A stretch of 27,035 nt of DNA from a virus (IMGVR_UViG_2617270961_000004); one strand, 5' to 3'; positions 9,983 through 23,509 are shown, counted from the stretch's first letter. Translations and numbers: made by a program. Notes: generated from the sequence alone by a model not told the origin.

Positions 9983-12540
9983 CGTCCACCTCCGGAGAAC
10001 AGGCCACCATCACGCATCTGTGTCTGAATTTCATCACGGGCCCCCTTGCGGGCCATGTCATACACCGCCTTCAGAGCAGCCGGACCTATCTGCCCGTTCG
10101 TGCCGTCGTTGTTAATCACCACATGGTTATTCTGCTCAAACGTCCCGGACACCTGCGACCGGCTGTCAGCCAGACTGCCCGGTGTACCGACATAACCACC
10201 GGTGGCATAGCCGCGCATCAGCCGGTAGAGATTCCCCACGCCAATCCGGCTGGTTGCCTCCTTCGTGAAGACAAATTCACCACGGTGAACAATCCCCGCT
10301 GGCTCATATTTGCCGCCGGTTCCCGTAAATCCCCCGGTCGCAAAATGGAATTTCGCCGCAGCGGCCTGAATGGCTGTACCGCCTGACGCGGATGCTCCAC
10401 CACTGGCAGCACCGCCAATGGCGCTGCCGATACTCCCGACAATCCCCACCATTGCCTGCTTAAGCAGAATTTCTGTCATCATGGACAGCACGGAACGGGT
10501 GAAGCTGCGCCAGTTCTGCTCACTGCCGGTCAGCATCGCCGCCATATTCTGTGCAATACCATCAAAGGTCTGCGTGGCTGCACTTTTAACCTGCGACATA
10601 CTGTCCGTGGCGCTCTCTTCCCACTCACTCCAGCCGGACTTCAGGCCTGCCATCCAGCTCCCGCGAAGCTGGTCTTCAGCCGCCCAGGTCTTTTTCTGCT
10701 CTGACATGACGTTATTCAGCGCCAGCGGATTATCGCCATACTGTTCCTTCAGGCGCTGTTCCGTGGCTTCCCGTTCTGCCTGCCGGTCAGTCAGCCCCCG
10801 GCTTTTCGCATCAATGGCGGCCCGTTTTGCCCGTTGCTGCTGTGCGAATTTATCCGCCTGCTGCGCCAGCGCGTTCAGGCGCTCCTGATACGTAACCTTG
10901 TCGCCAAGTGCAGCCAGCTGGCGTTTGTACTCCAGCGTCTCATCTTTATGCGCCAGCAGGGATTTCTCCTGTGCAGACAGCTGGCGACGTTGCGCCGCCT
11001 CCTCCAGTACCGCGAACTGACTCTCCGCCTTCCACAAATCCCGGCGCTGCTGGCTGATTTTCTCATTCGCTCCGGCATGCTTCTCCAGCGTCCGGAGTTC
11101 TGCCTGAAGCGTCAGCAGGGCAGCATGAGCACTGTCTTCCTGACGATCGCCCGCAGACACCTTCACGCCGGACTGTTTCGGCTTTTTCAGCGTCGCTTCA
11201 TAATCCTTTTTCGCCGCCGCCATCAGCGTGTTGTAATCCGCCTGCAGGATTTTCCCGTCTTTCAGTGCCTTGCTCAGTTCTTCCTGACGGGCGGTATATT
11301 TCTCCAGCGGCGTCTGCAGCCGTTCGTAAGCCTTCTGCGCCTCTTCGGTATATTTCAGCCGTGACGCTTCGGTATCGCTCTGCTGCTGCGCATTTTTGTC
11401 CTGTTGAGTCTGCTGCTCAGCCTTCTTTCGGGCGGCTTCAAGCGCAAGACGGGCCTTTTCACGATCATCCCAGTAACGCGCCCGCGCTTCATCGTTAACA
11501 AAATAATCATCCTTGCGCAGATTCCAGATGTCGTCTGCTTTCTTAAACGCAGCCTCTGCCTTAATCAGCATCTCCTGCGCGGTATCAGGACGACCAATAT
11601 CCAGCACCGCATCCCACATGGATTTGAATGCCCGCGCTGTCCTGTCTGCCCAGGTCTCCAGCGTGCCCATGTTCTCTTTCAGGCGGCGGATCTGGTCATC
11701 AAACCCTTTCGTTGCGGCTTCGTCCGCCGCCTGCAATGCCCCGGCTTCATCGCCGGAACGCTGCAACTGAGCAACATACGCAATCTGCTCCGCCGTCACG
11801 TTATGGAACTGGCGCGCCATCGCCGTCAGCCCCGACGTCGGGTCAGTGGTCAGCTTCCCGAAGGCTTCAGCGACCTTGTCCACCTCCACACCGGATGCAG
11901 AAGAGAAACGCGCCACACTCTGGCTGATGGACGCAATCTGAGCCTCACCGCTTACCCCCGCCTTAACCAGTGCACTGAGTGACTCGCTGGTCTGGTTAAA
12001 CGTCAGCCCTGCCGCCTGCCCGGCTCTGGACAGGACCAGCATACGATCTGCCGTCAGACCCGACTGATTACCGGAAAGGACCAGCGTTTTGTTGAAATCG
12101 GACAGGGTTGAGTTACCCTGATACCAGGCATACGCCAGCGCACCGGTCGCCACCGCCAGCGAGGTGGCCCCGACCATCGGCAGGGTGATCGCACCGGCAA
12201 GCCCCCGGAACATGGGGATCATCCCGCCGAAGGAGTCCTTAACCTGACCACCCTGTTGCAGCAGGATCAGCCACGGGCTTTGCCCGCCTGCAAGCTGCGT
12301 GGCCACGTCGGTGAACTGTGCAGGCAGCATACGCATGGCGGCTTTATACTGCCCGACGGAAATCCCCGCTTTCTGTGCAGCCAGCGCCTGTCGGCTCAGC
12401 GACTGTTCAACGACTGCCGCTGTTTTTTTCGCATCAGTTTCCGTACCGAAAAAATGACGCCTGACTCTGGCCATCTGCTCGTCAAATCTGGCCGCATCCA
12501 GACTTAAATCAACGACCAGATCGCCTACCGGTTCAGCCAT
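9979..12540 (-). CDS. H: tail tape measure protein H (853 aa)
   Basis: 853 aa, MAEPVGDLVVDLSLDAARFDEQMARVRRHF..., long coiled-coil-like Ala/Gln/Glu/Lys-rich middle and Gly-rich C-terminus; length matches lambda H. Confidence 0.95.
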   Translation of the reverse strand: MAEPVGDLVVDLSLDAARFDEQMARVRRHFFGTETDAKKTAAVVEQSLSRQALAAQKAGISVGQYKAAMRMLPAQFTDVATQLAGGQSPWLILLQQGGQVKDSFGGMIPMFRGLAGAITLPMVGATSLAVATGALAYAWYQGNSTLSDFNKTLVLSGNQSGLTADRMLVLSRAGQAAGLTFNQTSESLSALVKAGVSGEAQIASISQSVARFSSASGVEVDKVAEAFGKLTTDPTSGLTAMARQFHNVTAEQIAYVAQLQRSGDEAGALQAADEAATKGFDDQIRRLKENMGTLETWADRTARAFKSMWDAVLDIGRPDTAQEMLIKAEAAFKKADDIWNLRKDDYFVNDEARARYWDDREKARLALEAARKKAEQQTQQDKNAQQQSDTEASRLKYTEEAQKAYERLQTPLEKYTARQEELSKALKDGKILQADYNTLMAAAKKDYEATLKKPKQSGVKVSAGDRQEDSAHAALLTLQAELRTLEKHAGANEKISQQRRDLWKAESQFAVLEEAAQRRQLSAQEKSLLAHKDETLEYKRQLAALGDKVTYQERLNALAQQADKFAQQQRAKRAAIDAKSRGLTDRQAEREATEQRLKEQYGDNPLALNNVMSEQKKTWAAEDQLRGSWMAGLKSGWSEWEESATDSMSQVKSAATQTFDGIAQNMAAMLTGSEQNWRSFTRSVLSMMTEILLKQAMVGIVGSIGSAIGGAASGGASASGGTAIQAAAAKFHFATGGFTGTGGKYEPAGIVHRGEFVFTKEATSRIGVGNLYRLMRGYATGGYVGTPGSLADSRSQVSGTFEQNNHVVINNDGTNGQIGPAALKAVYDMARKGARDEIQTQMRDGGLFSGGGR

Positions 12541-13371
12541 ACCGGACTCCTCCTGCGATCCCTTCTGATACTGTCATCAGCATTACGTCATCCTCCGTCA
12601 TGTCCGCCACATCCGGGGAAGCGGGGATAACTTCATTCCCGTCCGGGCCAAAACGAACGCCTCCGGCAAGCCCTGCCGCTTTCTGCATCAGCACATCATC
12701 TTCAGGCTCTTCGTCAGCCTCGCGCCGGTTCAGCAGACTGAAATCCAGCGGATGCATATCCGGATCGCTGAAAAACAGGCTGAGCACGGTGTACGTCAGC
12801 CCGGAAAAGTGCATATCCAGCAGAACATCATGAAAATAATGGGTACTGTAAAAGCGGTGCCAGTCGGCATACTCCGTGGATGACATCCCGGCAAGCATGG
12901 CACGCCAGTCGGGTCGCCCCATCTCTCGCGCCAGTTTCAGGGCAAAACTCAGCTCACCATCGAACACTTTCCCGCAGAAACAGGCTCTGCAGGCCCGGCG
13001 TCCTCTGTCTGTTCAGGAGCATCATTCACCACAAACTCATACATACCGGACAGCCGGTACACCACGTTTTCAGCATGAGAAATTGCCTCCGTGGGCCAGG
13101 TGGTAAGCACTTCCTGCTCAATCTGTTTAACGGCTTCATTCATAGAAGGCAGCTTTGTCTTCTGCGGATGGTTATGCCACAGGGACATCGCCACCAGAAA
13201 AGCACCGGTTCTGACGAGATCTTCCACGCTCACCTGTCGATTGAGACTGGATCCCGCCTGTTCTGCCTGTCGTTTCAGCAGGGCGAGATGCTCAATCCGC
13301 TGCAGGGCTGACAGTTCAGAAAGCGTGACGCTCATACCGTTATATTCAAATGATTCGGTTTTCAGGAACAT
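12533..13371 (-). CDS. T: tail assembly chaperone G-T fusion (gpGT) made by programmed -1 frameshift; T-frame segment is 12533-12960
   Basis: The T-frame ORF (144 codons, ...DGELSFALKLAREMGRPDW...) has no ATG of its own; the track start is a GTG. It is entered from G by a -1 slip at GGGAAAG (minus strand, plus coordinates 12954-12960). Its end overlaps the H start by 8 nt. Confidence 0.8.
12949..13371 (-). CDS. G: tail assembly chaperone G (140 aa)
   Basis: 140 aa, MFLKTESFEYNGMSVTLSELSALQRIEHLALLKRQ...; ends ...SAGKCSMVS with the slippery heptamer 6 codons before the stop. Confidence 0.9.
   Translation of the reverse strand: MFLKTESFEYNGMSVTLSELSALQRIEHLALLKRQAEQAGSSLNRQVSVEDLVRTGAFLVAMSLWHNHPQKTKLPSMNEAVKQIEQEVLTTWPTEAISHAENVVYRLSGMYEFVVNDAPEQTEDAGPAEPVSAGKCSMVS
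12954..12960 (-). other. programmed -1 ribosomal frameshift slippery heptamer G GGA AAG (G to G-T)
   Basis: Read directly: plus-strand ctttccc is the reverse complement of GGGAAAG, in the G frame as G|GGA|AAG. The -1 frame continues open for 144 codons (T). Confidence 0.85.
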
Positions 13372-13386
13372 CGCTGACTCTCCGGA

Positions 13387-14127
13387 TTAACTGTCGGTGA
13401 CGGTGATTCCTGCAACCACAGCAAGTTCACCATTACCGGATACAACCGGAATGTTGACCTTGCCTGCAGCAACACCTTTCACGGTGATGGTCATACCACT
13501 GACCGACACGGTGGCTTTTGTTTTATCCGCAGACACCGCACGGAAGCTCTTGTCGGTTGCGCCTTCCGGCTGGAATGCCACGGTCAGCGTGATGCTCCGC
13601 CCTTTCACCACCGAAGTGCTGGCAGGCGTCACGGTCATGCCGGTTGCCGCTGTTACCGTGCTGCGATCTTCTGCCATCGACGGACGTCCCACGTTGGTGA
13701 CTTTCACCGTGCGGGTGATCACTTCCTTCGCCGTCACCGCCTTACCGATACTGCTGACCCAGCCGCGGAACACATCGACCGTGCCGTTCGGGAAGCGGAT
13801 TTTATAGGCACGGGTATCCCCTTTATTAAACCACGCCAGCAGCGCCTGCTGCCCCTGCTCTCCGGGCATCCACGCCAGCGTGAAGCTGGTATCTCCGGCA
13901 GATTTCTGCCCCTGCCCGGTCGCAGTCCAGTCCGCATTTTCATCATCGAGATAGCTGTCGTCATAGGACTCAGCGGTCAGTTCGCCGGGCGTCAGGTCTT
14001 TAACTTTTGCCAGACGCGACCAGTCAACGTCTGAAAGCGGATTCGCATAAGGGCCACCGCTCCCCTTATAAACCAACAGGGTGGTCCCGGCACCTTTCAC
14101 CGGCATTGTAGGATTTGGTACAGGCAT
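13387..14127 (-). CDS. V: major tail tube protein V (246 aa), with C-terminal Ig-like domain
   Basis: Track ORF trimmed by 10 codons to the ATG at 14125-14127 (GAGGA SD 8 nt upstream), giving [16 protein letters not shown]... and 246 aa as in lambda V. Confidence 0.9.
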   Translation of the reverse strand: MPVPNPTMPVKGAGTTLLVYKGSGGPYANPLSDVDWSRLAKVKDLTPGELTAESYDDSYLDDENADWTATGQGQKSAGDTSFTLAWMPGEQGQQALLAWFNKGDTRAYKIRFPNGTVDVFRGWVSSIGKAVTAKEVITRTVKVTNVGRPSMAEDRSTVTAATGMTVTPASTSVVKGRSITLTVAFQPEGATDKSFRAVSADKTKATVSVSGMTITVKGVAAGKVNIPVVSGNGELAVVAGITVTDS

Positions 14128-14134
14128 AGCGTCC

Positions 14135-14530
14135 TCACATTTCATAGGTAATGACATACGTCAGATCGGCTGAACTCCACAGGCCCGCATCATCGTCGCG
14201 CCGGTAGTCATAGCCACTGGCCACCATACTGGTGATCAAATCTGACAGCGCCGGGATATCGCTCATCACCGGATAAATCCGGGACTCCATCCACGAATCC
14301 AGCTCTGAATCCGGCACCTGAGCAGGCAGGAAAACTTCAATATGCAGCTCCGCCTGCCAGGTATCGCTGTCCAGCTCTTCGCCCGTGTATTCAGCGCCGG
14401 TGAGATAAACGGCAATTGCCGGAAAATCTTCCTCATCAAAAACAGCGGGGCGACCATCAAAAAGCGTCGCCCCGGTGTCATGCTTCTCCAGTGCATCCAG
14501 TACGGCTGCACGGAGTTCAGTATGTTTCAT
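14135..14530 (-). CDS. U: tail terminator protein U (131 aa)
   Basis: 131 aa, [36 protein letters not shown]...; ordered between Z and V. Confidence 0.9.
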   Translation of the reverse strand: MKHTELRAAVLDALEKHDTGATLFDGRPAVFDEEDFPAIAVYLTGAEYTGEELDSDTWQAELHIEVFLPAQVPDSELDSWMESRIYPVMSDIPALSDLITSMVASGYDYRRDDDAGLWSSADLTYVITYEM

Positions 14531-15105
14531 CGCTTTATTACCATCCTCAGTTGATGCTGCAGCGCATAGCCCAGCTCTTTCGGAAGACGTTCACGCCGTA
14601 TCCGCTCAATATTTTGTTTAAACGCCGTGGTCAGCGGCACCGCCATCGGGATTTTCACCACATCAATGGGGTAACGGTTTTTCCCGGCCACACGCTGCAT
14701 GACATGCCACCGGCCATTTTTCAGTTGCTGAATAAACGCGCCGGGAATACGACGGTTACCCACCACAAGCACGCTGCCGCCACCTTTCAGGGATGAACGC
14801 TGCCCCTTTTTACGACGCCTGCGGCGCGAAAGGACAACCCGCGCATTACCCAGCTTGATTACGGGCAAATCCCCCCGGTTAACTTTGATTCTGGCCTGCG
14901 GATTTTTGACCGTGGCCCTTTTCAGCCTGGCCCTTTCCTTTACCAGTTTCCGGCGTACCTTTGTCTCACGGGCAACCTGTGACGCCGACTGCGATATCGC
15001 GGATGACGCAACGCGGTTAATGGCCATTGCGGCGGCACCGGGCACCGCCGTTCTGCTGATACGGCTGAGGTTTTCAACGGCCTGCTCAAGACCTTTTATG
15101 GCCAT
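14527..15105 (-). CDS. Z: tail completion protein Z (192 aa)
   Basis: 192 aa, MAIKGLEQAVENLSRISRTAVPGAAAMAINRVASS..., Arg/Lys-rich middle; 4-nt overlap with the U start. Confidence 0.9.
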   Translation of the reverse strand: MAIKGLEQAVENLSRISRTAVPGAAAMAINRVASSAISQSASQVARETKVRRKLVKERARLKRATVKNPQARIKVNRGDLPVIKLGNARVVLSRRRRRKKGQRSSLKGGGSVLVVGNRRIPGAFIQQLKNGRWHVMQRVAGKNRYPIDVVKIPMAVPLTTAFKQNIERIRRERLPKELGYALQHQLRMVIKR

Positions 15106-15116
15106 TCATCCCCCTT

Positions 15117-15470
15117 TCAGCGGCGACGGTTAACGGCAGGCGGTACGCCCCGCCCAAGCCAGAGATGACAGCTTCCGCCATCATCCGGCGAAATCCGGTC
15201 TATCCAGAAGTTTTCCTCACCGATGGTCAGCGTGTCGCCGCGCCGCAGCTGCCGCACATCATCAGTCCGGACAAACAGGGACGGGCTGGAGCCTTCAACG
15301 CGCACGCCCTGTCCGGCATAGCTGATATTTTCAGGGTCATCAAAAACACCACGTATCACAGCACCGGACTGCTCACCGGATGTCATGGTGGCTGACGTTC
15401 CCATGTACCCGCGTATCGTTTCATCGGCGCAGGCAATGGCAGCATCGAACAGGTTATCGAAATCAGCCAC
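15117..15470 (-). CDS. FII: head-tail connector protein FII (117 aa)
   Basis: 117 aa, MADFDNLFDAAIACADETIRGYMGTSATMTSGEQ...; length and position match lambda FII. Confidence 0.9.
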   Translation of the reverse strand: MADFDNLFDAAIACADETIRGYMGTSATMTSGEQSGAVIRGVFDDPENISYAGQGVRVEGSSPSLFVRTDDVRQLRRGDTLTIGEENFWIDRISPDDGGSCHLWLGRGVPPAVNRRR

Positions 15471-15481
15471 AGCGCCTCCCG

Positions 15482-15877
15482 TTATTGCATTCTGGCCAGG
15501 CCGCGCTCTGTCATTTCAGCTGCCACACCGGCAGAGACACGAAACGCCGTTCCCGGCAGCACAAATGCCACAGCCTCATCCCGCGTGGCGTGAAGTGCAT
15601 CAGTATGCAGCGTCACCAGTGCCACAACCGTGACCAGATCAGCCGTATCAGTCACGGTATCCGGCTGCGCTGATACAACCTCATTTTCATGCACGGTCAG
15701 CACATTTTCCGGGCTGACAGACGTGTCCTGACCGGCTGCGTCATCCGTGTCATCAAGCTCCTCTTCCAGCTCTGCCACACGGAGCGCCAGTTCTTCTTTC
15801 GTCCCCATCAGGCTGACATCACGGTTCAGTTGCTCACCCAGCGAACGGAGACGGGCAATCAGTTCATCTTTCGTCAT
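15482..15877 (-). CDS. FI: DNA packaging / head completion protein FI (131 aa)
   Basis: Track ORF trimmed by 13 codons to the ATG at 15875-15877 (GGAGGAG SD), giving MTKDELIARLRSLGEQLNRDVSL... as in lambda FI. Confidence 0.85.
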   Translation of the reverse strand: MTKDELIARLRSLGEQLNRDVSLMGTKEELALRVAELEEELDDTDDAAGQDTSVSPENVLTVHENEVVSAQPDTVTDTADLVTVVALVTLHTDALHATRDEAVAFVLPGTAFRVSAGVAAEMTERGLARMQ

Positions 15878-15918
15878 GGACTCCTCCACAGAGAGAAAAT
15901 GGCCCCGAAGGGCCATGA

Positions 15919-16944
15919 TTACGCCAGTTGAACGGACACGAACTCATCAGGATCAGCCAGCAGCATCAGCGGTGCTGACTGAATCATGGTGAACTCTCGC
16001 GCCGGATCGCCGGATGTCTTCCAGTTTTTCGGATAACGGGGAGACGCATTAATACCCTCACTCAATGCATCCGCATCCTGAATACAGCCATAGGTGCGCA
16101 GACCGCGTGCATGAGTGTTACCCAGCACCATCGTGTTGTCCGGCAGGAAGTTCTTTTTGACGCCGTTTTCCACGTACTGTCCGGAATACACGACGATGGC
16201 CACATCGCCATACATTCCCTTATAAGACACCGCTTTGCCCAGGTCTTTTACCGCTGTCTCCAGTTCGGAATGAGAGCCGCGACGGGTATCCAGCTTCTCC
16301 CTGACGGCTTTGAAGGAACGGAACAGCGCCCAGCCTTTCGGGTCAAACACGATGATATTCACCACACCGCTGGCGTTCAGCGCGTAGGCTTCGATATCGT
16401 CGATCGGGTCATACGTGGACTTGTCGCGCTTGCTCCACCCCGTGCTGCCGGACTGCGTGATGTTATTCGCTTCACTGCGACCCATATCCACCTCAACCGG
16501 ATCGAAGGCTTCACCGGTCATGGTGTATTTGCCCTTAAGCACGGCAGAAACTGCCTGCATCTCTTCGACCTGAGCAATGGCCAGCTCTTCGTCACGCATG
16601 TTCTGCATGATGATGCGACGGCGGCGGTAAGCCGGGTCCGCCAGATTCTGCGGATCTTCATCCGGCAGGCGACGCAGGGTCATCTGCGGATTCACTTCAT
16701 GCTTCGGCTTGACATATCCCGGCGTAAATTCAGAGGTGGAGCCGCCACGGGAACGGATAACCTCACCGGAAACAATCGGCGAAACGTACAGCGCCATGTT
16801 TACCAGTCCCGGAATTTGTGAGAGATAGACTTTCTCCGTAGTGAAGGGATAGCTCTCACGGAAAAAGAGACGCAGAAACAGCGGATCAAACTTAAATTTC
16901 TGCTCATTTGCCGCCAGCAGCTGGGCGGTTGTGTACATCGACAT
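15919..16944 (-). CDS. E: major capsid protein E (341 aa)
   Basis: Trimmed to the ATG at 16942-16944 (MSMYTTAQLLAANEQKFKFDPLFLRLFFRE...); 341 aa as in lambda E. The track ORF started 9 codons upstream at a GTG. Confidence 0.9.
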   Translation of the reverse strand: MSMYTTAQLLAANEQKFKFDPLFLRLFFRESYPFTTEKVYLSQIPGLVNMALYVSPIVSGEVIRSRGGSTSEFTPGYVKPKHEVNPQMTLRRLPDEDPQNLADPAYRRRRIIMQNMRDEELAIAQVEEMQAVSAVLKGKYTMTGEAFDPVEVDMGRSEANNITQSGSTGWSKRDKSTYDPIDDIEAYALNASGVVNIIVFDPKGWALFRSFKAVREKLDTRRGSHSELETAVKDLGKAVSYKGMYGDVAIVVYSGQYVENGVKKNFLPDNTMVLGNTHARGLRTYGCIQDADALSEGINASPRYPKNWKTSGDPAREFTMIQSAPLMLLADPDEFVSVQLA

Positions 16945-16999
16945 AAAAAAATCCCGTAAAAAAAGCCGCACAGGCGGCCTTTAGTGATGAAGGGTCAGG

Positions 17000-17332
17000 T
17001 TAAACGATGCTGATTGCCGTTCCGGCAAACGCGGTCCGTTTTTTCGCCTCGTCGCTGGCAGCCTCCGGCCAGAGCACATCCTCATAACGGAACGTGCCGG
17101 ACTTGTAGAACGTCAGCGTGGTGCTGGTCTGGTCAGCAGCAACAGCAAGAATGCCAACGGCAGCACCGTCGGTGGTGCCATCCCACGCAACCAGCTTACG
17201 GGTGGAGGTATCCGGCATCAACGGAGTCATTGCTGGCGTTTTCTTACTCAATCCGCCGGGCGCGGTTGCGGTATGAGCCGGGTCACTGTTGCCCAGCGGC
17301 TGGTAATGGGTAAAGGTTTCTTTGCTCGTCAT
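17000..17332 (-). CDS. D: head decoration protein D (110 aa)
   Basis: Trimmed to the ATG at 17330-17332 (AAGGGA SD), giving [27 protein letters not shown]...; 110 aa as in lambda D. Confidence 0.9.
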   Translation of the reverse strand: MTSKETFTHYQPLGNSDPAHTATAPGGLSKKTPAMTPLMPDTSTRKLVAWDGTTDGAAVGILAVAADQTSTTLTFYKSGTFRYEDVLWPEAASDEAKKRTAFAGTAISIV

Positions 17333-17341
17333 AAACATCCC

Positions 17342-17947
17342 TTACACTGGTGTGTTCAGCAAATCGTTAACGGCATCAGATGCCGGGTTACCTGCAGCCA
17401 GCGGTGCCGGTGCCCCCTGCATCAGACGATCCAGCGCAGTGTCACTGCGCGCCTGTGCACTCTGTGGTGCTGCGGCCAGAATACGGCGGGCCGTTTCCAC
17501 GGTCATACCGGGGGTTTCGGCCAGCACGCATGCCTGTTCTTCGCGTCCGTGAGCCTCCTCACAGTTGAGGATCCCCATAATGCGACTGTTTTCTGCCGCA
17601 ACCGCTGCGGTGATCTGCGCGTTCACGTCCGGCTGCGCAGCGCTGGCGTTCTCGCCCTCCGTCGCTTGCACCACGCCAGTAACGTCAGCCTGCGAAGCAG
17701 TGGCTGAAACAGTTGTTGATTGAGTCTCTTTGGTCATTCGCCCTCCTGAGAGACGGGATTTACGTGCATCCAGTGCATCACGCATGACGGTGATCGCATC
17801 GGTACTGTTCACAAGTTCATCAGCCAGTCCGGCATCAATGGCCTCCTGACCGCTGTACACTGCAGCCTCGGTATCCAGCACAGCCTGCACGGACAGGCCG
17901 GTATATGCCGACACCTTCTGTGCAAACATCCGGCGGGTTGCATCCAT
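17342..17947 (-). CDS. Nu3: capsid scaffolding protein Nu3 (in-frame internal start within C; 201 codons)
   Basis: In-frame ATG at 17945-17947 (MDATRRMFAQKV...) sharing the C stop; the position matches where lambda Nu3 begins relative to the C stop, as recalled. No strong SD, so moderate confidence. Confidence 0.55.
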   Translation of the reverse strand: MDATRRMFAQKVSAYTGLSVQAVLDTEAAVYSGQEAIDAGLADELVNSTDAITVMRDALDARKSRLSGGRMTKETQSTTVSATASQADVTGVVQATEGENASAAQPDVNAQITAAVAAENSRIMGILNCEEAHGREEQACVLAETPGMTVETARRILAAAPQSAQARSDTALDRLMQGAPAPLAAGNPASDAVNDLLNTPV

Positions 17948-18641
17948 CCGGGACTGCAGTGTTTCCCGGACATCATCCGGTAGATGGCTGTAGGGGTTGC
18001 CATCCACCTTATGGCTGCCGCTGTAAATCAGCGTGATTTCCACGCCCTGTTTCTCCAGCGCAGCACCGTAATTACTGTGAGCCATCATGACGCCGATGGA
18101 GCCTGTCCGGGCGGTCTGCGTGACCAGACGCCGGGAGGCGGCGCTGGCAAGCAGCTGACCTGCACTGCAGTTCATGTCGTTGGCCAGCGCCCATACCGGT
18201 TTTATGTCTCGCACACGGGCGATGATGTCAGCACAGTCAAATGCTCCCGCCACCATCCCGCCCGGTGTGTCCATATCCAGCAGAATGCCGTCCACCATCG
18301 GATCGCTGGCAGCCTGTTGCAGACGGGCGATAATGCCGTTGTAACCGGTCATCCCCGAATACGGCTGCAGCGCCCGCGTCCGGCTGACCAGCGTGCCGGA
18401 CACCGGCAGCACGGCGATGCCGTTCATGACCTGATAACTGCGGGCCTGTCGTGGTCCGTCATCATCAACGGATAACGCCAGCGCCGCGGGTGCCTCTCCG
18501 GCAGTCAGGCTGTCGCCGGACACCGCATCCGTCAGGCGGCTGATCCCAAGCTGGCCTGCAAGCGCACAAAAGAAAACCCGCGCATAGGCGGGTTCAAGCA
18601 TCAGCGGCTCATTAAAGGCCATACTGGCAATATGCGGGAGA

Positions 18642-18661
<20 letters not shown>
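17342..18661 (-). CDS. C: prohead protease / scaffold protein C (439 aa), GTG start
   Basis: Begins (V/M)TAELRNLPHIASMAFNEPLMLEPAYARVFF... at the GTG at 18659-18661, preceded by GAGGAGGAG and overlapping the B stop by 20 nt. ClpP/SppA-like S49 protease region in the middle. The track ORF runs 45 codons further upstream inside B. Confidence 0.85.
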
Positions 18662-22341
<3,680 letters not shown>

Positions 22342-22367
<26 letters not shown>

Positions 22368-22887
22368 TCAGCAACCCCGGTATCAGTTCATCCAGCGCGG
22401 CTGCTTTGTTCATGGCTTTGATGATATCCCGTTTCAGGAAATCAACATGTCGGTTTTCCAGTTCCGGAAAACGCCGCTGCACCGACAGGGGGATCCCGTC
22501 GAGAATACTGGCAATTTCACCTGCGATCCGCGACAGCACGAAAGTACAGAATGCGGTTTCCACCACTTCAGCGGAGTCTCTGGCATTCTTCAGTTCCTGT
22601 GCGTCGGCCTGCGCACGCGTAAGTCGATGGCGTTCGTACTCAATAGTCCCTGGCTGGAGATCTGCCTCGCTGGCCTGCCGCAGTTCTTCAACCTCCCGGC
22701 GCAGCTTTTCGTTCTCAATTTCAGCATCCCTTTTGGCATACCATTTTATGACGGCGGCAGAGTCATAAAGCACCTCATTACCCTTGCCACCGCCTCGCAG
22801 AACGGGCATTCCCTGTTCCTGCCAGTTCTGAATGGTACGGATACTCGCACCGAAAATGTCAGCCAGCTGCTTTTTGTTGACTTCCAT
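22342..22887 (-). CDS. Nu1: terminase small subunit Nu1 (181 aa)
   Basis: 181 aa, MEVNKKQLADIFGASIRTIQNWQEQGMPVLRGGGKGNEVLYD... (winged-HTH N-terminus); lies immediately inside cos. Confidence 0.95.
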
Positions 22888-23065
22888 TGTTCATTCCACG
22901 GACAAAAACAGAGAAAGGAAACGACAGAGGCCAAAAAGCTCGCTTTCAGCACCTGTCGTTTCCTTTCTTTTCAGGGGGTATTTTAAATAAAAACATTAAG
23001 TTACGACGAAGAAGAACGGAAACACCTTAAACCGGAAAATTTTCATAAATAGCGAAAACCCGCGA
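22888..23065 (-). promoter_or_regulatory. cosB region (terminase small-subunit binding R-site repeats)
   Basis: Inverted copies of an 11-bp element (ggaaacgacag at 22917-22927 and ctgtcgtttcc at 22954-22964) and a further gaacggaaacac near 23028, between the Nu1 start and cosN. The sequence reads as the reverse complement of the lambda left end as recalled. Confidence 0.7.
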
Positions 23066-23077
23066 GGTCGCCGCCCC
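23066..23077 (-). other. cosN, 12-nt cohesive-end site (GGGCGGCGACCT on the minus strand)
   Basis: Plus strand aggtcgccgccc is the exact reverse complement of the lambda cohesive end GGGCGGCGACCT. It is flanked by sequence matching the lambda left end (22888-23065) and right end (cgtaacctgtcggatc..ccggaaaggacccg at 23078-23108). Confidence 0.9.
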
Positions 23078-23275
23078 GTAACCTGTCGGATCGCCGGAAA
23101 GGACCCGCAAAATGATAATAATTATCATCTGCATGTCACAACGTGCATCTACGCCATCAAACCACGTCAAATAATCAATTATGACGCAGGTATCATATTA
23201 ATTGATCTGCATCAACTTAACGTAAAAACAACTTCAGACAATACAAATCAGCGACACTGAATACGGGACAACCTC

Positions 23276-23509
23276 ATGTCAACGAAGAACAGAACCCGCA
23301 GAACAACAACCCGCAACATCCGCTTTCCTAACCCAATGATTGAACAAATTAACATCGCTCTTGATCAAAAAGGGTCCGGGAATTTCTCAGCCTGGGTCAT
23401 TGAAGCCTGCCGCCGGAGACTGTGCTCAGAAAAAAGAGTTTCTCCTGAAGCAAACAAAGAAAAGAGTGACATTACTGAATTGCTCAGAAAACAGATCAGA
23501 CCAGATTGA
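23276..23509 (+). CDS. small basic putative ribbon-helix-helix (Arc/CopG-like) DNA-binding protein, 77 aa
   Basis: AT-rich ORF on the strand opposite the phage late genes. Basic N-terminus (MSTKNRTRRTTTRN), then a beta-strand-like IRFPNPMIEQINIAL and helix SAWVIEACRRRL resembling the RHH fold. Weak SD; family assignment is inference. Confidence 0.5.
   Translation: MSTKNRTRRTTTRNIRFPNPMIEQINIALDQKGSGNFSAWVIEACRRRLCSEKRVSPEANKEKSDITELLRKQIRPD

Noticed and set aside
12533-12967. T as an independent 144-aa gene
   Set aside because: No ATG or SD; the apparent start is a GTG within the G/T overlap. The frame is entered by the -1 frameshift at GGGAAAG, so it is annotated as the G-T fusion instead.
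16111-16821. 236-aa plus-strand ORF antisense to E
   Set aside because: Embedded in the major capsid gene on the other strand; shadow ORF.
18620-18622. Internal ATG (SMAF) as the C start instead of the GTG at 18659-18661
   Set aside because: No SD precedes it, whereas the GTG has a strong GAGGAGGAG SD at appropriate spacing and gives the expected 439-aa product.
23111-23127. Near-perfect palindrome ATGATAATaATTATCAT resembling a Fur box, just beside cos
   Set aside because: It matches the Fur 7-1-7 consensus, but it sits inside sequence that otherwise reads as the conserved lambda right-end flank of cos. A packaging-related or incidental conserved element is more likely than iron regulation; this cannot be resolved from sequence alone.
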